From NCBI RefSeq assembly GCF_009914755.1, contig NC_060941.1: a stretch of 64,000 nt of DNA. The stretch is one strand, 5' to 3'. Below are positions 50,401 through 64,000 of the stretch, piece by piece. The notes under the pieces are model-generated. The model saw nothing but the letters and a program-made list of their open reading frames with translations, was not told where the DNA came from and searched no databases. The stretch comes from the human T2T-CHM13v2.0 reference genome, Homo sapiens. The first letter of the stretch is position 1; each line of letters opens with the position of its first letter. The position numbers were made by a program, and so were the translations under genes.

Positions 50401-51919
50401 AACAGTCCTCTTGGGCCTGCATCACCCTGCTGACCACCCATGGAGCTCCCTGCAAGCAGACCTGGAAACCAGCGCTCTCTGGGCGACCCCATAAAGCAGG
50501 TGCTTGGCCAGAGGCTAGGAAGTGGCTCCCTGGGCGAGGTCATGTCCTTCCCACCTTCTGCGTAGTTTCTGGCATTATTCTGGGGGCTGGCATGGTGATG
50601 CTCCTGCCTGATATCAGCATCCACAGGTGAGGGGGACATTCCTTCCTTCCCCACCAAATCTTAGTTTCCTTTGCCATCTTATTATGGTTGAATAATCCAT
50701 GCACTTAACCATTCTGTTTGGAATCAATGATCCATGTCTGTTTTCATCCTTGGAGTTAAATCCTCTAAATTTTCTTTCTGTGTGATATATAAACCAGCAA
50801 TACCTCATTTTACTGACATTTGGGGGAAATAAGCTGTTCTACATAATTGGTTTTTGCAGTTAACAGTAGCTTACTCCTTGAAGCATAGAAACTTTTTATG
50901 GAATCATATTTCATGAAAAACATTTTTCCATCAAAATCATGACTTTTTTCCCCCGCCTAAGTTAGCGGAATTGAATACAGCAGGTGTTCCCTAGGTGTGG
51001 CTGAATGAGTGGCCCCCAACCCGTTTTGATGACTCACAGCCATCTCTGGAAACAGCAGCTCCTGGGCAATTTGCTCAACCTCCCTGACGTCAGTTTCCTC
51101 ACTCGTAATCTGGGGAACTTTGGATGAGATACTCTCTAAGGGCCGCCTCTGTCCTTCTCTAACTCTGCTGGGCTCTCATACAGTAAAGCCCTTGGGAATT
51201 TTTGGTGGTTGCAGGACCAGTCTTGCCTCCCTGAATGGTGGCTGGGATAGGATTCTACTGTCAGCTGTCACTTCTCAGTGCATCCATGTTCAGCAGTCAC
51301 CATGTCCCCAAGGATCTTAAGCTGTGGCTCTCCAGTCCCCTGGAAGAACAGAAGATGTCTGACCTAAGGTTATAAAGTCTTGTAAATGAAGAACTCCTGG
51401 GGTCCCTGCAGACTGAAGTCCCCTGTGTCTTGGCTACTGTTCTCTCAAATGCCCAGGAGGCTATTCACTTACTTCTGGACTGTGATCTGGGTTGTAACGG
51501 GTGCTGCAACCGTGGCCTCTAGAGAAGAGGTTTACAATACCTTAATACAAACAGCAAGCACTTGGCAAGCTTCTGTTGACTGCTCTGAACTCAGTGTTGT
51601 GGGGAGGGAAGGAGCAGTGAGATGTGGTCACTTCCCGTAAGAAGAAAACCCAAAGGAAGACTTCATGAATGTTTTAAGACCAGCGTGTTAGTGGTCTCTC
51701 ATTTTGTTCCTTTCATTTGCCCCAAGCATGTCTTTTAAGATTTGAAGAAGACTCTTAATTCTGGCATTTCTGAGATTTGCTGGGATATTAGTTTCCTGCG
51801 GCTGCTGTAACAAATTCCCACAAATGGTTGCTTAAAACAACAGAAATTTATTCTCTCACAGTTCTGGAGGCCAGAAGTCTGAAATTGGTATCAATGGGTT
51901 GCAATTAAGGGCTGTAGGG

Positions 51920-52455
51920 CAGCGGTCCTCAACCTTTTTGGGACCAAGGACCAGTTTTGTGGAAGACAGTTTTTCCATGGGCGTGGGGGTAGGGGATAGT
52001 TTTGGGATGATCCAAGCGCATTACATTTATTGTGCACTTTATTTCTATTATTATTACATGGTAATGTGTAATGAGATAATTATACAATTCACCATCATGT
52101 AGAATCAGTGTGAGGCTTCAGCTTGTTTTTTTGCAACTAGATGGTCCTATCTGGGGGTGATGGGAGACAGTGACAGATCATCAAGACTTAGGGCCTTATA
52201 AGGAATGTGCAGCCTAGATCCTTCTCATGTGCAGTTCTCAACAGCATTCTTGCTTCTGTGAGAATCTAACGCAGCTGAAGATCTGACAGGAGGCAGAGCT
52301 CAGGTGGTAATGCGAGCGATGGGGAGTGGTTGTAAATACAGACGAAGCTTAGCTGCCTTGCCCTTGCTCAAGCTGCTCATGTCCTGCTGTGTGGCCTCGT
52401 TCCTAACAGGCCACAGACTAGTGGTAGTTCCTGGTCTGGGGGTTAGGGACCCCCG
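51920..52455. mobile_element. MER1A hAT-Charlie MITE, complete with 8-bp TSD CTGTAGGG
   Basis: TIRs cagcggtcctcaacc / ggttagggacccccg; TSD 51912-51919 and 52456-52463. Confidence 0.88.
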
Positions 52456-52715
52456 CTGTAGGGAAGGATCCTTTCCTTGCCCTTCAGCTTCTCATGGCTG
52501 CTGGTATCCCTTGGCTTGTGGCTGCATGGCTCCAATCTCTGCCTCTGTCTCACGCAGCTTTATCCTCTTCTGTCTTGTCAGATTTCCCTCTGCCTGTCTC
52601 TTGTAAGGATAACTATGATTACATTTAGAGTCCATCCCGATATGCCATAACAATTTCTCCATCTCAAGACCCTTAATCACGTCAGCAAAGACCCTTTTAC
52701 ACCCATATAAGGTAA

Positions 52716-53051
<336 letters not shown>

Positions 53052-53393
53052 CTGGGGGGCTTTTTTAGCTCACCGCACAGAGCTGGTCACCACTTTAACT
53101 GTCCATAATTCTGTGGTCTTTAGTCGATTAATTTGTAGTGCACTCCTATTTTGTGCCAGGCAGTCTGTTAAACCCTGGGGATTCTGAGGGAAAAGAATAG
53201 TTCCTTCCTCAGACGCTATGAAAATCAGAGCTATGTGGAAAAGAAGGAATCTGGGCCTTAAAGGTATCTAAGATGGATCTTGATGAGCTCAAATTCCCCA
53301 TCAAAGTCTGCAAGGCCCTGCTTGGTCTAGATCTCAGCCTCCCCTCTGAGCTCATCCCTACCACTCCCCATCTCATTACTTAAACAAGCTCTG

Positions 53394-53805
<412 letters not shown>

Positions 53806-54134
53806 TCACTTCACTCATTCTGCTCTACTGGATCCTTCTTAGGGAGTCCTTCCCCAAGTACCTGCTTAAAATCCACCTCCCCTCCTGGCACGTCCTGTTC
53901 CCTCCCCTGCTTTGTTTGTGCTTCTGATGTACCACAGTGGAGTTGCTATTGTCTGGGTCAGCTCAGCCACCACAAGGATGTTGAGATGTGATAACTAGAA
54001 GTTGTCAGAAGATCCTAAACGCATCCTGTTTCATTTCCAATTCTCTTCCTGAGAATGTAGTTTGCTTTTTATTTTCTTTTACTTTTCTTAGTAGCACATT
54101 GGGCTTAATTTCAAGTAAATCAGAATGGGGGTGG

Positions 54135-54360
54135 GATGGCTCTTTAAAGGGGGATGTATACATTCTAGGAGCCATTTTTTGGTTGTCATAATGACTGGTG
54201 TATGGTGTGTGTGTTGTGTGTGTCAGGGGTGGGTGGAACCTGCTGGCATTTAGTGGACAGGGGTCAGGGATGCTAAGTGTCCTGTGGTAGCCAGGTCTGT
54301 TCTGCCCAGGGAAGAATCTTCCTACCACAATGCCAATACCACCTCTACAGAGAAACACTC
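54135..54360. mobile_element. MER20-like DNA transposon fragment
   Basis: ttttggttgtcata..ctggcatttagtgg..cagggatgctaa. Confidence 0.55.
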
Positions 54361-54681
<321 letters not shown>

Positions 54682-54699
54682 AGTAATATTTTTCTATCA

Positions 54700-55180
54700 T
54701 CTTCACTGATAACCTTTCATTCTCTAAGAGTATTTTAAATGATGTCTCCCAGATCCATCACCTGCTAACCTGTTCCCTGGCCCATTCACACAAGGTCTTG
54801 AGATTCTCCAGTTCATCCTCTTGCTGTTGCCATCAGTCCAGTGTCATCTCTAAACCTTGAGGTTTCACGAGGGGATTCCCTCCTTCAGAGTCTGTGTAAC
54901 CGGTAAACAAGCTGAGCCCCAACTCTGGCTCAGAGGCCCCCCACTATTTTCTCCATCTGGAGCAACATCCTTTTCTTTGCACCCTTTGTTCCTTCCTCAA
55001 GGCCTGTCTTCCATCCATGACAAAGCCTCCCTACACAGTGACCCATTTTCTTTATTTTAATAGCATTTGGGGTGGAACCTTGTCAAAAGCTTTTTGCAAA
55101 TGAAAATAAATTACATCTGCTGGTTCCCCCATCCACAGGCATTTTCACCCCTTCAAAGAGCCCTGGTAGATTAAAGGATT
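54700..55180 (-). mobile_element. CR1/L3 LINE reverse-transcriptase fossil
   Basis: Minus-strand translations NLPGLFEGV..VDGG / ADVIYFHLQKAFDKVP, ELGLSLF, SRFRDDTGL, LCEWA are colinear with CR1 RT motifs (DFxKAFDKVPH, LGPxLF, FADDTKL). Confidence 0.75.
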
Positions 55181-56089
55181 TGGAGGATTTGGGGTTTGTA
55201 TGGGCTTCTATGCCCAGCTCCTGAGTTCTCAGCCAAGACACCTGCAAAGGGGGAGGCCTGAGCTGAAGATACAGATAAACGACGTTGGGGAAATGGATAT
55301 CTCCAGGAACGCTTCCCACTAGATTGGCCTGCTCCCCATGTTCTAAAGCCTTTTCCAGGACAGTCACATCTCCTGAAATCCTGTCCAGGGACCTGGGATT
55401 CCCTGAGTAATCCTCCATGCAGCCTATCAGGTGAGCTGGGCTCTAGATGCCTTGAAATGAAAGACTGTCCCTCGTACTTCTAGGGTAAGAGATCTGGTAG
55501 GCAGACCTGAGAATTATACATATGAAAAAAAGCAAAAACAAAACAACTCAAAACCTACTATACATTGAACATCCATCTACTCTCTGCCAGGGTCTTTCCT
55601 TTCAGATCCAAGTTTTAAAATCGCCGACCAACCCTATAAAGGTGAATGCAGTGACCCCATTTCACCATGAAAAAAATGGATGCTCAGATGGGCAAGCAAC
55701 TTGCCCAGAGTCACACCATTAGGAAGTGGCACACTGGAACCAAGGCCTGTCCAAGTCAAGTTCTTTCAATCTGGGAAGGAAACACTATGAATCCAGGCCA
55801 CTGCTCACCCTCCTGGAGAGGCCAAATCCTCCTGGTCACCTCTGCCTGCTGCAATTCCCAGGCTGTACTACTGGGAGTACTGGGAACTGAGTCATCTAGG
55901 GTCTGTCCTCTTAACTGGACCAGAGGTGTTAAGAAGCACAGTCCATCCAGACCACACAGCTCATACTCTTGGTAGACCAGAAGCCCATCCTTCCTCTCAG
56001 GGATGATTGAGACCCAGTCAAGCCCATCTTACCCACAGGTTCTGACTAAGAGCTCCAAACTCTGGACCTAGATTATTTTAGTTCACACA

Positions 56090-56275
56090 CTGCTTCTCTA
56101 CCTACCAGTGATGTGATCTTCAGCAAATTATTTCTCTGTGTCTCAGTTTCCTCCTCCAGTAAAATGGACACAATAATATACCTATCTTACATGGTGTTTA
56201 TGAAGATTGTGAACTAAGGAATATCAAAGTGCTTAGTAGATGCTTGGCACACAGTAAATGTTACACATAATGCTT
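56090..56275 (+). mobile_element. MIR
   Basis: tctcagtttcctc..gtaaaatgg..aagtgcttag..tggcacacagtaa. Confidence 0.75.
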
Positions 56276-56281
56276 GATTTA

Positions 56282-56608
<327 letters not shown>

Positions 56609-56803
56609 TTAAAAGGAAAACCCTTGGTCACACCCAAGACAAAGGCACCCCCGGCCACCCCTTTTCTCCTAAGCCTTTGTTCTCTTCTTGTCCTCCCTCC
56701 TCACGAACATTAGCCTGTGCCATCTGGTGCCCCCGTTCCTGGAGTGTACCCTCCCCTGTATCCTCGTCCTCCTCACTGATTGCTCCTCCCACCCTCATGC
56801 TCA

Positions 56804-57262
<459 letters not shown>

Positions 57263-57299
57263 ACCCCCACAAAACTCCTGTTCCTTTAAGGCCAGAACC

Positions 57300-58710
57300 A
57301 CACGGCTGTCCCACCTTCTACATCTCATCCTTAGAATGACCTCCCAGTCAATTTCACTCTTTTCTTTCTTTGAAGACACCAGCACTGGTCAGTCTTCGTC
57401 TCTGCCCCAAACTCTGATGCTGGTTCCAAAGGTCTTTAGAGCCCAGGTGGACAGCCCGTCCAGCACCGTGGCCGTCTCATCTCTAATCACCCTCCATTCT
57501 GCCTCACAGCAGAAGTCCCCTCTTATTGTCCTCGGAAGGCCTTGTCATCCCCCAGAGCTGTTCCACCTCTGGAATCCTCTAGTTTTGGACCACAACCTCC
57601 TCAGTTATTCCCCACCTCATAGTCTTCTCTTTTCTTGAATCCTTTAGCTATCCAACAGAATTTCCTGTGATAAGGGAATTTTTCTTTATTGGTGCTGTCC
57701 AAATTAGGGGCAACTAGGCAACTAAGCTCTCCATGTTACTCATTTTTAATTAATTCAAGTTGAAATTGAAGTAGCTACATGTGGTGACTGGCTACCATAT
57801 TGAACAGCACAGCTCTAGCCCCTGGCCTCTCTGTTTCCTCTTCCATCCTGTCCTGTTTTCCTTCTTTCTTTGGCATTGTCGCCCTGGCCCATCATATCAG
57901 CCACCCACTCCCCTTTCCTTCTGTCCCACCTCCTGGAAAACACTCTCAACTTGAGATTAATCCAACTGTCTCTTTCTCTAGGTCTATCCAAAGGCTGCTG
58001 GGCGCTGCTGGGGAAGAGGGCATGTGTGTCTCATGGCCTTGCTGGCTGCCATTCTTTCTCATAGATAGTCACAAACTTCAATAGGCCCTTTAATTCTGCC
58101 CAGCAAGCATTATCCTCTTCTCTCTAATGACCTCAAGCCTCCAGTGCTCCCAGCTCCTCCCCCATCCTCAGCAGATGGTGTCACTTCCTATTTCATTGAA
58201 ACAAGAGACACTTGGAGACCACCTGACCACCAGTTTTACAAGCATAGTTTTATCTGTCTTCCACCTCTCTCCTCCTGCTGGCTCCAGTTCCTATCAACAT
58301 TTAGGCATGGTCAAATAGCCTTATCTTACAAACAACAATAAAAAATCCCAACCTTCCCTCAATCCTATGTCACCTTCCTGCTGTGACCCTCTATCTTTCC
58401 TGCCACTTATATTCACACTTTCTTGAAAGTTGTCTACACCTGCTATCTCCACTTTCTCACCTCCCGTTCACTCCACAACCCCAGACAGCCTGGCTTCTGT
58501 CCCTACCACTCCCTGCAACCACTAGTCAAGGTCACCAATGACTTCCTTGTAGTTTGATCCAAAGGACTTGTTTCAGATCTTATCTTGACCTTTAAGGCAT
58601 GTGACTCAACACTGCTCAGCACCCCTCCTTCCTTGCAACGCTCTTACCCATTGGTTTCTATAACACCCGAGTCCCCTGGTTTTCCTCCTCCTCCTCTGGC
58701 TACTTAAAAG
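57300..58710 (+). mobile_element. L2 fragments (with small MER3/MER33-like insert ~57680-57818)
   Basis: caaggtcaccaatgac, ctcttacccattggtttctataacac..tcccctggttttcctcc L2 motifs. Confidence 0.6.
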
Positions 58711-59514
58711 TTTTCTTGAAACTGCCGCATTCTCCCCCTCCTAGGGTGATCCGTCTGGCTTCACAGGTAAGACAGTGTGCCAGGAACGGTGTTTCCGCCT
58801 CTCAACGCATTCCTTGCAGAAACACCTGGTGATTTGCTTTCTCACCCAAAATCTGCACTGTTGCGTTTTGAACTCCAGTTTGCTCTGTGGATCCCGCTGC
58901 TTAGAGCCTGACATGCCTTCACGGGTGTGTATTTATCACCGCCACTTTAAGAACTTCTCACGACACTTGGACATCTGTTTTTTTCATTTGTCCCCTCAAC
59001 AGACAGGCTGCGTTAGGAAAGGACACTGATGAATTAGAAGGGATGGAAGAGGCTGCAGAGTGGTCAGAAAACAATGTCCTATGGGAAATCATTAAGATAA
59101 CTGGGAACATTTTGCCCAGAAGAGATAAAACTGAGGGATGATAGAGGACTGGTTTCAAGAATCTGAAGAGGCAGAGAACCTTGATCTGGGCTGCTGTGTA
59201 GCGTAGGGTTTGGGCCACCTGCAGACTTAACAGAGAGGGGGGTTTGGAATGGACGTAGAGGAGTTCCACCGTATTACAGGAGGTTCTAGACCTCCTGGAT
59301 ACAAGGTGAGTAAGACAGTCCTGCTCACCAGGAACTACTAAAGATGATAAGCGTAGACCTAAGTGACCACAATAAAACTGGAAGGTGACCCCGCTCATCC
59401 TCTCCTGAAGACCCCTGGCCTAAGCTCAGCTGGCAATGTAGAAAAGCCACACTCTACCAAGAGCCATTTCAAACTTACTGCCATGCAAGGGCCATCAAAA
59501 GCTCTGTGGACATA

Positions 59515-59808
59515 GGCTGGGCGCGGTGGCTCACTCCTGTAATCCCAGCACTTTGGGAGGCCGAGGCGGGCAGATCACTTGAGGTCAGGAGTTTGAGACC
59601 AGTCTGGCCAACATGGTGAAACCCCGTCTCTACTAAAAATACAAAAAAATTAGCCAGGTGTGGTGGTGGGTACCTGTAATCCCAGCTACTTGGGAGGCTG
59701 AGGCAGGAGAATCGCTTGAACCCGGGAGGCAGAGGTTGAGAATGCGCCATTGCACTCCAGCCTGGGCAACAGGGCAAGACTCCATCTTAAAAAAAAAAAA
59801 AAAAAAAA
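59515..59808 (+). mobile_element. AluS
   Basis: TSD gctctgtggaca. Confidence 0.92.
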
Positions 59809-60619
59809 GGCTCTGTGGACAGAAACAACATTCAGGAGGAAGGCTTGGAAAGCACTTCTCAATCCAGTCTTGTAGATGCTCCAAAAGGTACCCCAGTCAG
59901 CTGAGCACCCCAATTTGCTTCTTTTCCATTCCTCTTTGCTGGAATGTCTTTTCCTGACTTGGGTTTTGATGCGATGCCATCAGCTTACATTCAGGGGGAT
60001 CACAGAAACTGTCCAACCGAGCTCACTGTTGTGACTGTTTTGGGGATGTTGTCAGGGACGTTTGCTCATTACCCCATACTGTGTTCCCTTTCTGGGCCAC
60101 GCCCCCACAAGAAATTCCTATCTGATTTTAGTACCAAGAATAGTTGTAATTCCCTTGAGCAGTAGGTCTGTTTTTATCTCATGGACACTGGGAATTGTGT
60201 AATGAACATGGTCTCCTCATTTTAGCTGCAGGAAAGCTTAGGGACAAATTTGTGGCCCACTCAGAAGAGGTGTAGAGGTTGGAACTCCAGGGTGCATTGG
60301 ACCTGTATCCTCCTCTCGACTTTGTCTCCCTTCTTAGCTTTTCTTTGTTCTCTTACTTCATATTTTACTGTGCAAAACTGAGAGCATACAAGCAAAGATA
60401 AATAAAAATCACCTGTAATCTCATTATTCCGAGATAACCACTATTAACTGTGTTGTCTTTTTATGCATACTTTTTAAAAAATTAAAATGACATTATACTG
60501 TGTGTTTTTAATTTGCTTTTTTCATATTATAATATGTCATGAACATCTTTCCCTGTAATTAAGTGTTCTCTAAATGATTTAAAATTTCTGTATAGATCAA
60601 GCGACCTCATACTAACAGC

Positions 60620-60920
60620 TAACATTTCTATATGCATGTACTATGTGCCTGGTTTTATGCATATTTACATTTGCATACATGAGAAAGCATATTTATATGT
60701 GTTACAGACCTGCAATATGTATGTCTATATCCCATCAGCTATAATATTCAAATGTGTCAACTCACGTGATGCTCACAACCCAGTGGGGTAGAAAGTATTA
60801 TCTCCCTTGTACAGATGGAGGAAACCAAGGCATAGACTTTCCATAGTCACACAGCAGAGGCAGAATTTGAACCCAGGTACCCTGGCTCCGAAGCGTTTCC
60901 TCCTAAGAGCTATGCTGCCT
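60620..60920 (-). mobile_element. MIR
   Basis: acagatggaggaaaccaaggc..gtcacacagc..gaatttgaacccagg. Confidence 0.7.
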
Positions 60921-62674
60921 TTCAGTATACCATTGCGATTTCACAGGTCACCATGGTTAACCATTTCATTTATTTCCTTTGACCTCACTTTTAATTTGTT
61001 ATTGTGTCATATTTTATGTACCCTTGTAAGTTACCTGAAATCCTTTCTGCCACAAGGTGAGGTAAGGCATAAATAAACAGTGCAGAGTGTGGTAAACGGC
61101 ACAAGAAGGCACAGCTAAATTGCTACCCCGGGGTAAGAAGATGAATCCAGGCTGTCCTGCAATGGAATGGATTTATTTTCTTGAGCTGTGGTGAGCTCCC
61201 ATCCCTGGAAGAGCTGGCTTGGGTGGCCGTCTCTCTGGGAGGCTGGGGAAGGCCTTCTTCCAAGGAGACGGAGCTGGGCCAGACGAGCCCCGAGGCCCCT
61301 TCTTAGATTCTCAGGGTTTATGAAAATGCCAATAAGACAAACTGAGGCACTTAATGGAGCTAATGCAGCAAGGCAGCCCTTGGGCCGGAACCAGGACCTG
61401 GGGCTTTTCATCCGGGTCTATTACTGGACCACACATCTACAAGTAACAAATAAACGAGCAGAGATTCCGTTCCAAACTCTCGGCCCAGTGTATTCCTTTC
61501 CCAGAGCTCTCTGGCTGCTGTTGCAAGATGACCAAAGGATGCTGTCACTGTCCTCAGTCTTTTTTTTGGGGCGATGGAGAATGAGGCAAGGAGGGGCTGG
61601 GTGGCCCCGCAGATGCCCCATGACACCATCATTCGGCAAGGTTATGCATTTGACGAATGCCCTGCAGTGGAAGGAGCCCAGGCTTCTCTTCCTGTTTTTG
61701 ATGTTTACTTGGGGGTTGATCTTGTGCGAGTTTCTTCAGCTCCCGGGACCCTCAGTTTCCTCATCTGCAAAATGGAGTTAATACAACAGCAAAGCTGCTG
61801 TGGAGGTCCCATGAGCTATTACAGGGCTTTGCACCCTTAAAAATGCGGTTGAGGAAGTACCGATACGCCTGCCTCAGGGGATCTGGGGAGGGCTGGGCTG
61901 TCCCCATGCCTGAGACCAGGCAGGCCCGTCTTGGAGGGGCGGTGGCCAGCGTCCAGGTGCTGCCAGCTTCCTACCCCTTCAGCCTCCTGCCCACCACTGC
62001 TCCCTTGGCTAGAACGAAGCCGCGTTCCCGACAGACAGGCTCACGCACGGTGATATCCGTGGGAGTGCGGGCGAGCAGCCCCTCCTCGCCGGACCCCGGG
62101 GGCTTCGGGCAAAAATGGAGAGCAGGCAGAGGTCACATCCTCCTCCTCTTCCTCACGCTCCCGGGCTGCGTGCCCACAGGGGCACAGCCCTGTGCGCGGT
62201 GCCACCGGGGGCCATCAGGCTGGGTTAGAGGAAGGCCCGACCTCCGCGCAGCAAAGAAAACAAACACAGATGTGTTTGGCTGGGACCGGGAGGGAGAAAG
62301 TGGCCCCCTTCCCCCGCCCGCGCGCTCCCCCGGGCGTGAGGCTCTCCGGGCGGCGCGGGGCGCGGGCGAGGCTGACAGTCCCCGGCGGCCCCTCCTCCCC
62401 CACGGGGTGCGCGCCTGGCCCAGCCCAGCCCCCTCTCCGGGGTTTCCCCGGGTGCTCTCCTCGCTTTCTCTTTGTCTCTGCTGTTCTTTCTCGGGCTCCC
62501 GGGTTCCCACCCGCCTGTGCTCTCCCTCTCGGGCGTCCCGGGCCGGTTCCCTTTAACTTTCTTCTTTCCCGGGGTGAAAACTTTGCTCGGAGCTGGCGGC
62601 AGCTCGCGGACGTTATTGGCCGGCGCCCCGCCCGGCGGCCCCGCCCCCCGCCCCCGCGCTCCCCTCCGCCCCTC

Positions 62675-62750
62675 ACTCCCAGCGCGAGTGGCGGCGGCGG
62701 CGGAGCCTTCGGGGGCGAGCGCGCGTGTGTGTGAGTGCGCGCCGGCCAGC
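62675..62750 (+). other. NTN1: NTN1 non-coding exon 1 (proximal promoter)
   Basis: Inr-like tcACTCCC after GC boxes and an inverted CCAAT (attgg ~62615); donor AGC|GTGAGT at 62750/62751. TSS approximate. Confidence 0.75.
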
Positions 62751-63475
62751 GTGAGTGTGTGTGCGCCCCGGGCGCGGGCAGGGCAGCACTCCGAGCTCGG
62801 CGGGAGCGGCGGGAGCCGGGCGGCCGCGTAGTCACTCGGGCGAGAGAGGCGGCGGCGGGGCCGGGACCGGGGCTGGGGCTGGGGCAGCGGCGGCCGCGCC
62901 GGGCATGGAGCTGGCAAGCCCGCGCTGAGGCGGGACGCGCCTGCTAGCAGCGAGCGAGAGGCTCTCCGGCGACCGGCGCGCGGGCTCCCCGGAGGGGCCA
63001 GGCAAACTTTTCTTTCTCTTTTGCCCCCTCCAGAGGTAAAGTCCCGAACGCGGACTTTCCGGCGGGGACGCGATCGGGGGGCATCTGAGAGGGACCCCGG
63101 GCTGCGAGACGAAGGGGCGCGGGCCGTGCAGAGTCGGGGTCCCCCAGCTCTCCTGCGCCCGAAACTTGGGGTGCGAGGGGGGCTGGTCGCGGACGGGGAG
63201 ACCGGCTCAGGCATGCCCCTCGGGCGGCGTGGGGGCGGCGGTGGCGGGGAAGCAGAGCGTTCTCCCGCCGGGCGGGGAAGAAGGGGCGCGAGCGGTGCGG
63301 ACTTGGAGGGCCCCGGCTTCGCCGCCCGCGGGACTTTGGGGGAGAGAGGCGGGCAGTCGGCTGCGGGGTGGGTGCCCAGGAAGCCGGGCGTTCTCCCGCA
63401 TCTCCGCTCGCCACCCCGCCGAGAGCTGGAGGGCGCGGGGCGGGCTGGCTGAGCGCAGCTCCCTTCTCTCCGCAG

Positions 63476-63538
63476 GCGCCTTCTGCGGCAGGCGGACAGA
63501 TCCTCGGCGCGGCAGGGCCGGGGCAAGCTGGACGCAGC
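63476..63538 (+). other. NTN1: NTN1 exon 2 5'UTR portion (after splice acceptor)
   Basis: Polypyrimidine tract plus CAG (ctcccttctctccgcag) ends at 63475, 63 nt before the ATG. Confidence 0.85.
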
Positions 63539-64000
63539 ATGATGCGCGCAGTGTGGGAGGCGCTGGCGGCGCTGGCGGCGGTGGCGTGCCTGGTGGGCGC
63601 GGTGCGCGGCGGGCCCGGGCTCAGCATGTTCGCGGGCCAGGCGGCGCAGCCCGATCCCTGCTCGGACGAGAACGGCCACCCGCGCCGCTGCATCCCGGAC
63701 TTTGTCAATGCGGCCTTCGGCAAGGACGTGCGCGTGTCCAGCACCTGCGGCCGGCCCCCGGCGCGCTACTGCGTGGTGAGCGAGCGCGGCGAGGAGCGGC
63801 TGCGCTCGTGCCACCTCTGCAACGCGTCCGACCCCAAGAAGGCGCACCCGCCCGCCTTCCTCACCGACCTCAACAACCCGCACAACCTGACGTGCTGGCA
63901 GTCCGAGAACTACCTGCAGTTCCCGCACAACGTCACGCTCACACTGTCCCTCGGCAAGAAGTTCGAAGTGACCTACGTGAGCCTGCAGTTCTGCTCGCCG
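63539..64000 (+). CDS. NTN1: Netrin-1, 5' part of CDS (first 154 codons, exon 2; continues beyond window)
   Basis: Manual translation from ATG 63539: [78 protein letters not shown]...[15 protein letters not shown]...[24 protein letters not shown]. This is a signal peptide plus laminin N-terminal (VI) domain matching netrin-1. It is absent from the ORF track because it has no stop in the window. Confidence 0.98.
   Translation, partial: MMRAVWEALAALAAVACLVGAVRGGPGLSMFAGQAAQPDPCSDENGHPRRCIPDFVNAAFGKDVRVSSTCGRPPARYCVVSERGEERLRSCHLCNASDPKKAHPPAFLTDLNNPHNLTCWQSENYLQFPHNVTLTLSLGKKFEVTYVSLQFCSP

Larger units (their letters stand above)
62000..64000. promoter_or_regulatory. NTN1: CpG island / NTN1 proximal promoter
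   Basis: Very high GC and CpG density; Sp/KLF GC boxes 62625-62672; NF-kB-like GGGGTTTCCC 62439-62448. Confidence 0.92.

Noticed and set aside
57459-57480. REST/RE1-like TCCAGCACCGTGGCCG
   Set aside because: Right half-site is poor and it lies within an L2 remnant
62690-62703. (GGC)n in NTN1 exon 1 as an expansion-prone repeat
   Set aside because: Only ~4 units; ordinary for GC-rich 5'UTRs
62225-63928. 567-aa minus-strand ORF (and 206/266-aa neighbours)
   Set aside because: Antisense shadow of the GC3-rich NTN1 CDS plus CpG island; R/P/A/G-rich with no domain, and stops are naturally rare in such DNA

Overview
Human (primate) genomic DNA, recognisable as the PIK3R5-NTN1 interval of chr17p13.1. 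The only protein-coding sequence is the start of NTN1 (netrin-1), whose CDS begins at 63539 on the + strand and runs off the window. There are three CpG islands: ~6.3-7.3 kb (PIK3R5 non-coding exon 1 on the - strand, probably bidirectional), ~43.5-46 kb (orphan-looking island with a perfect splice donor, probably a distal alternative NTN1 promoter), and ~62-64 kb (NTN1 proximal promoter, exon 1, exon 2). The rest is repeat-dense: ~50 Alu/FLAM, nested old L1s, L2, MIR, MaLR/ERV LTRs, hAT DNA transposons and a CR1/L3 fossil. Almost all ORF-track entries are Alu, low-complexity or GC-rich shadow ORFs. I see no evidence for a new multi-gene system. The most unusual signal is three independent non-retrotransposon local templated insertions. 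Each is copied in direct orientation from a donor located downstream (66 bp, ~1.35 kb, ~3.5 kb), and two have microhomology at both junctions. Other observations are a distal NTN1 first exon, an abutting acceptor/donor site in NTN1 intron 1, an oriented CTCF motif series, and an AP-1 site duplicated by an Alu TSD. Repeat subfamily names and boundaries are by eye and approximate.
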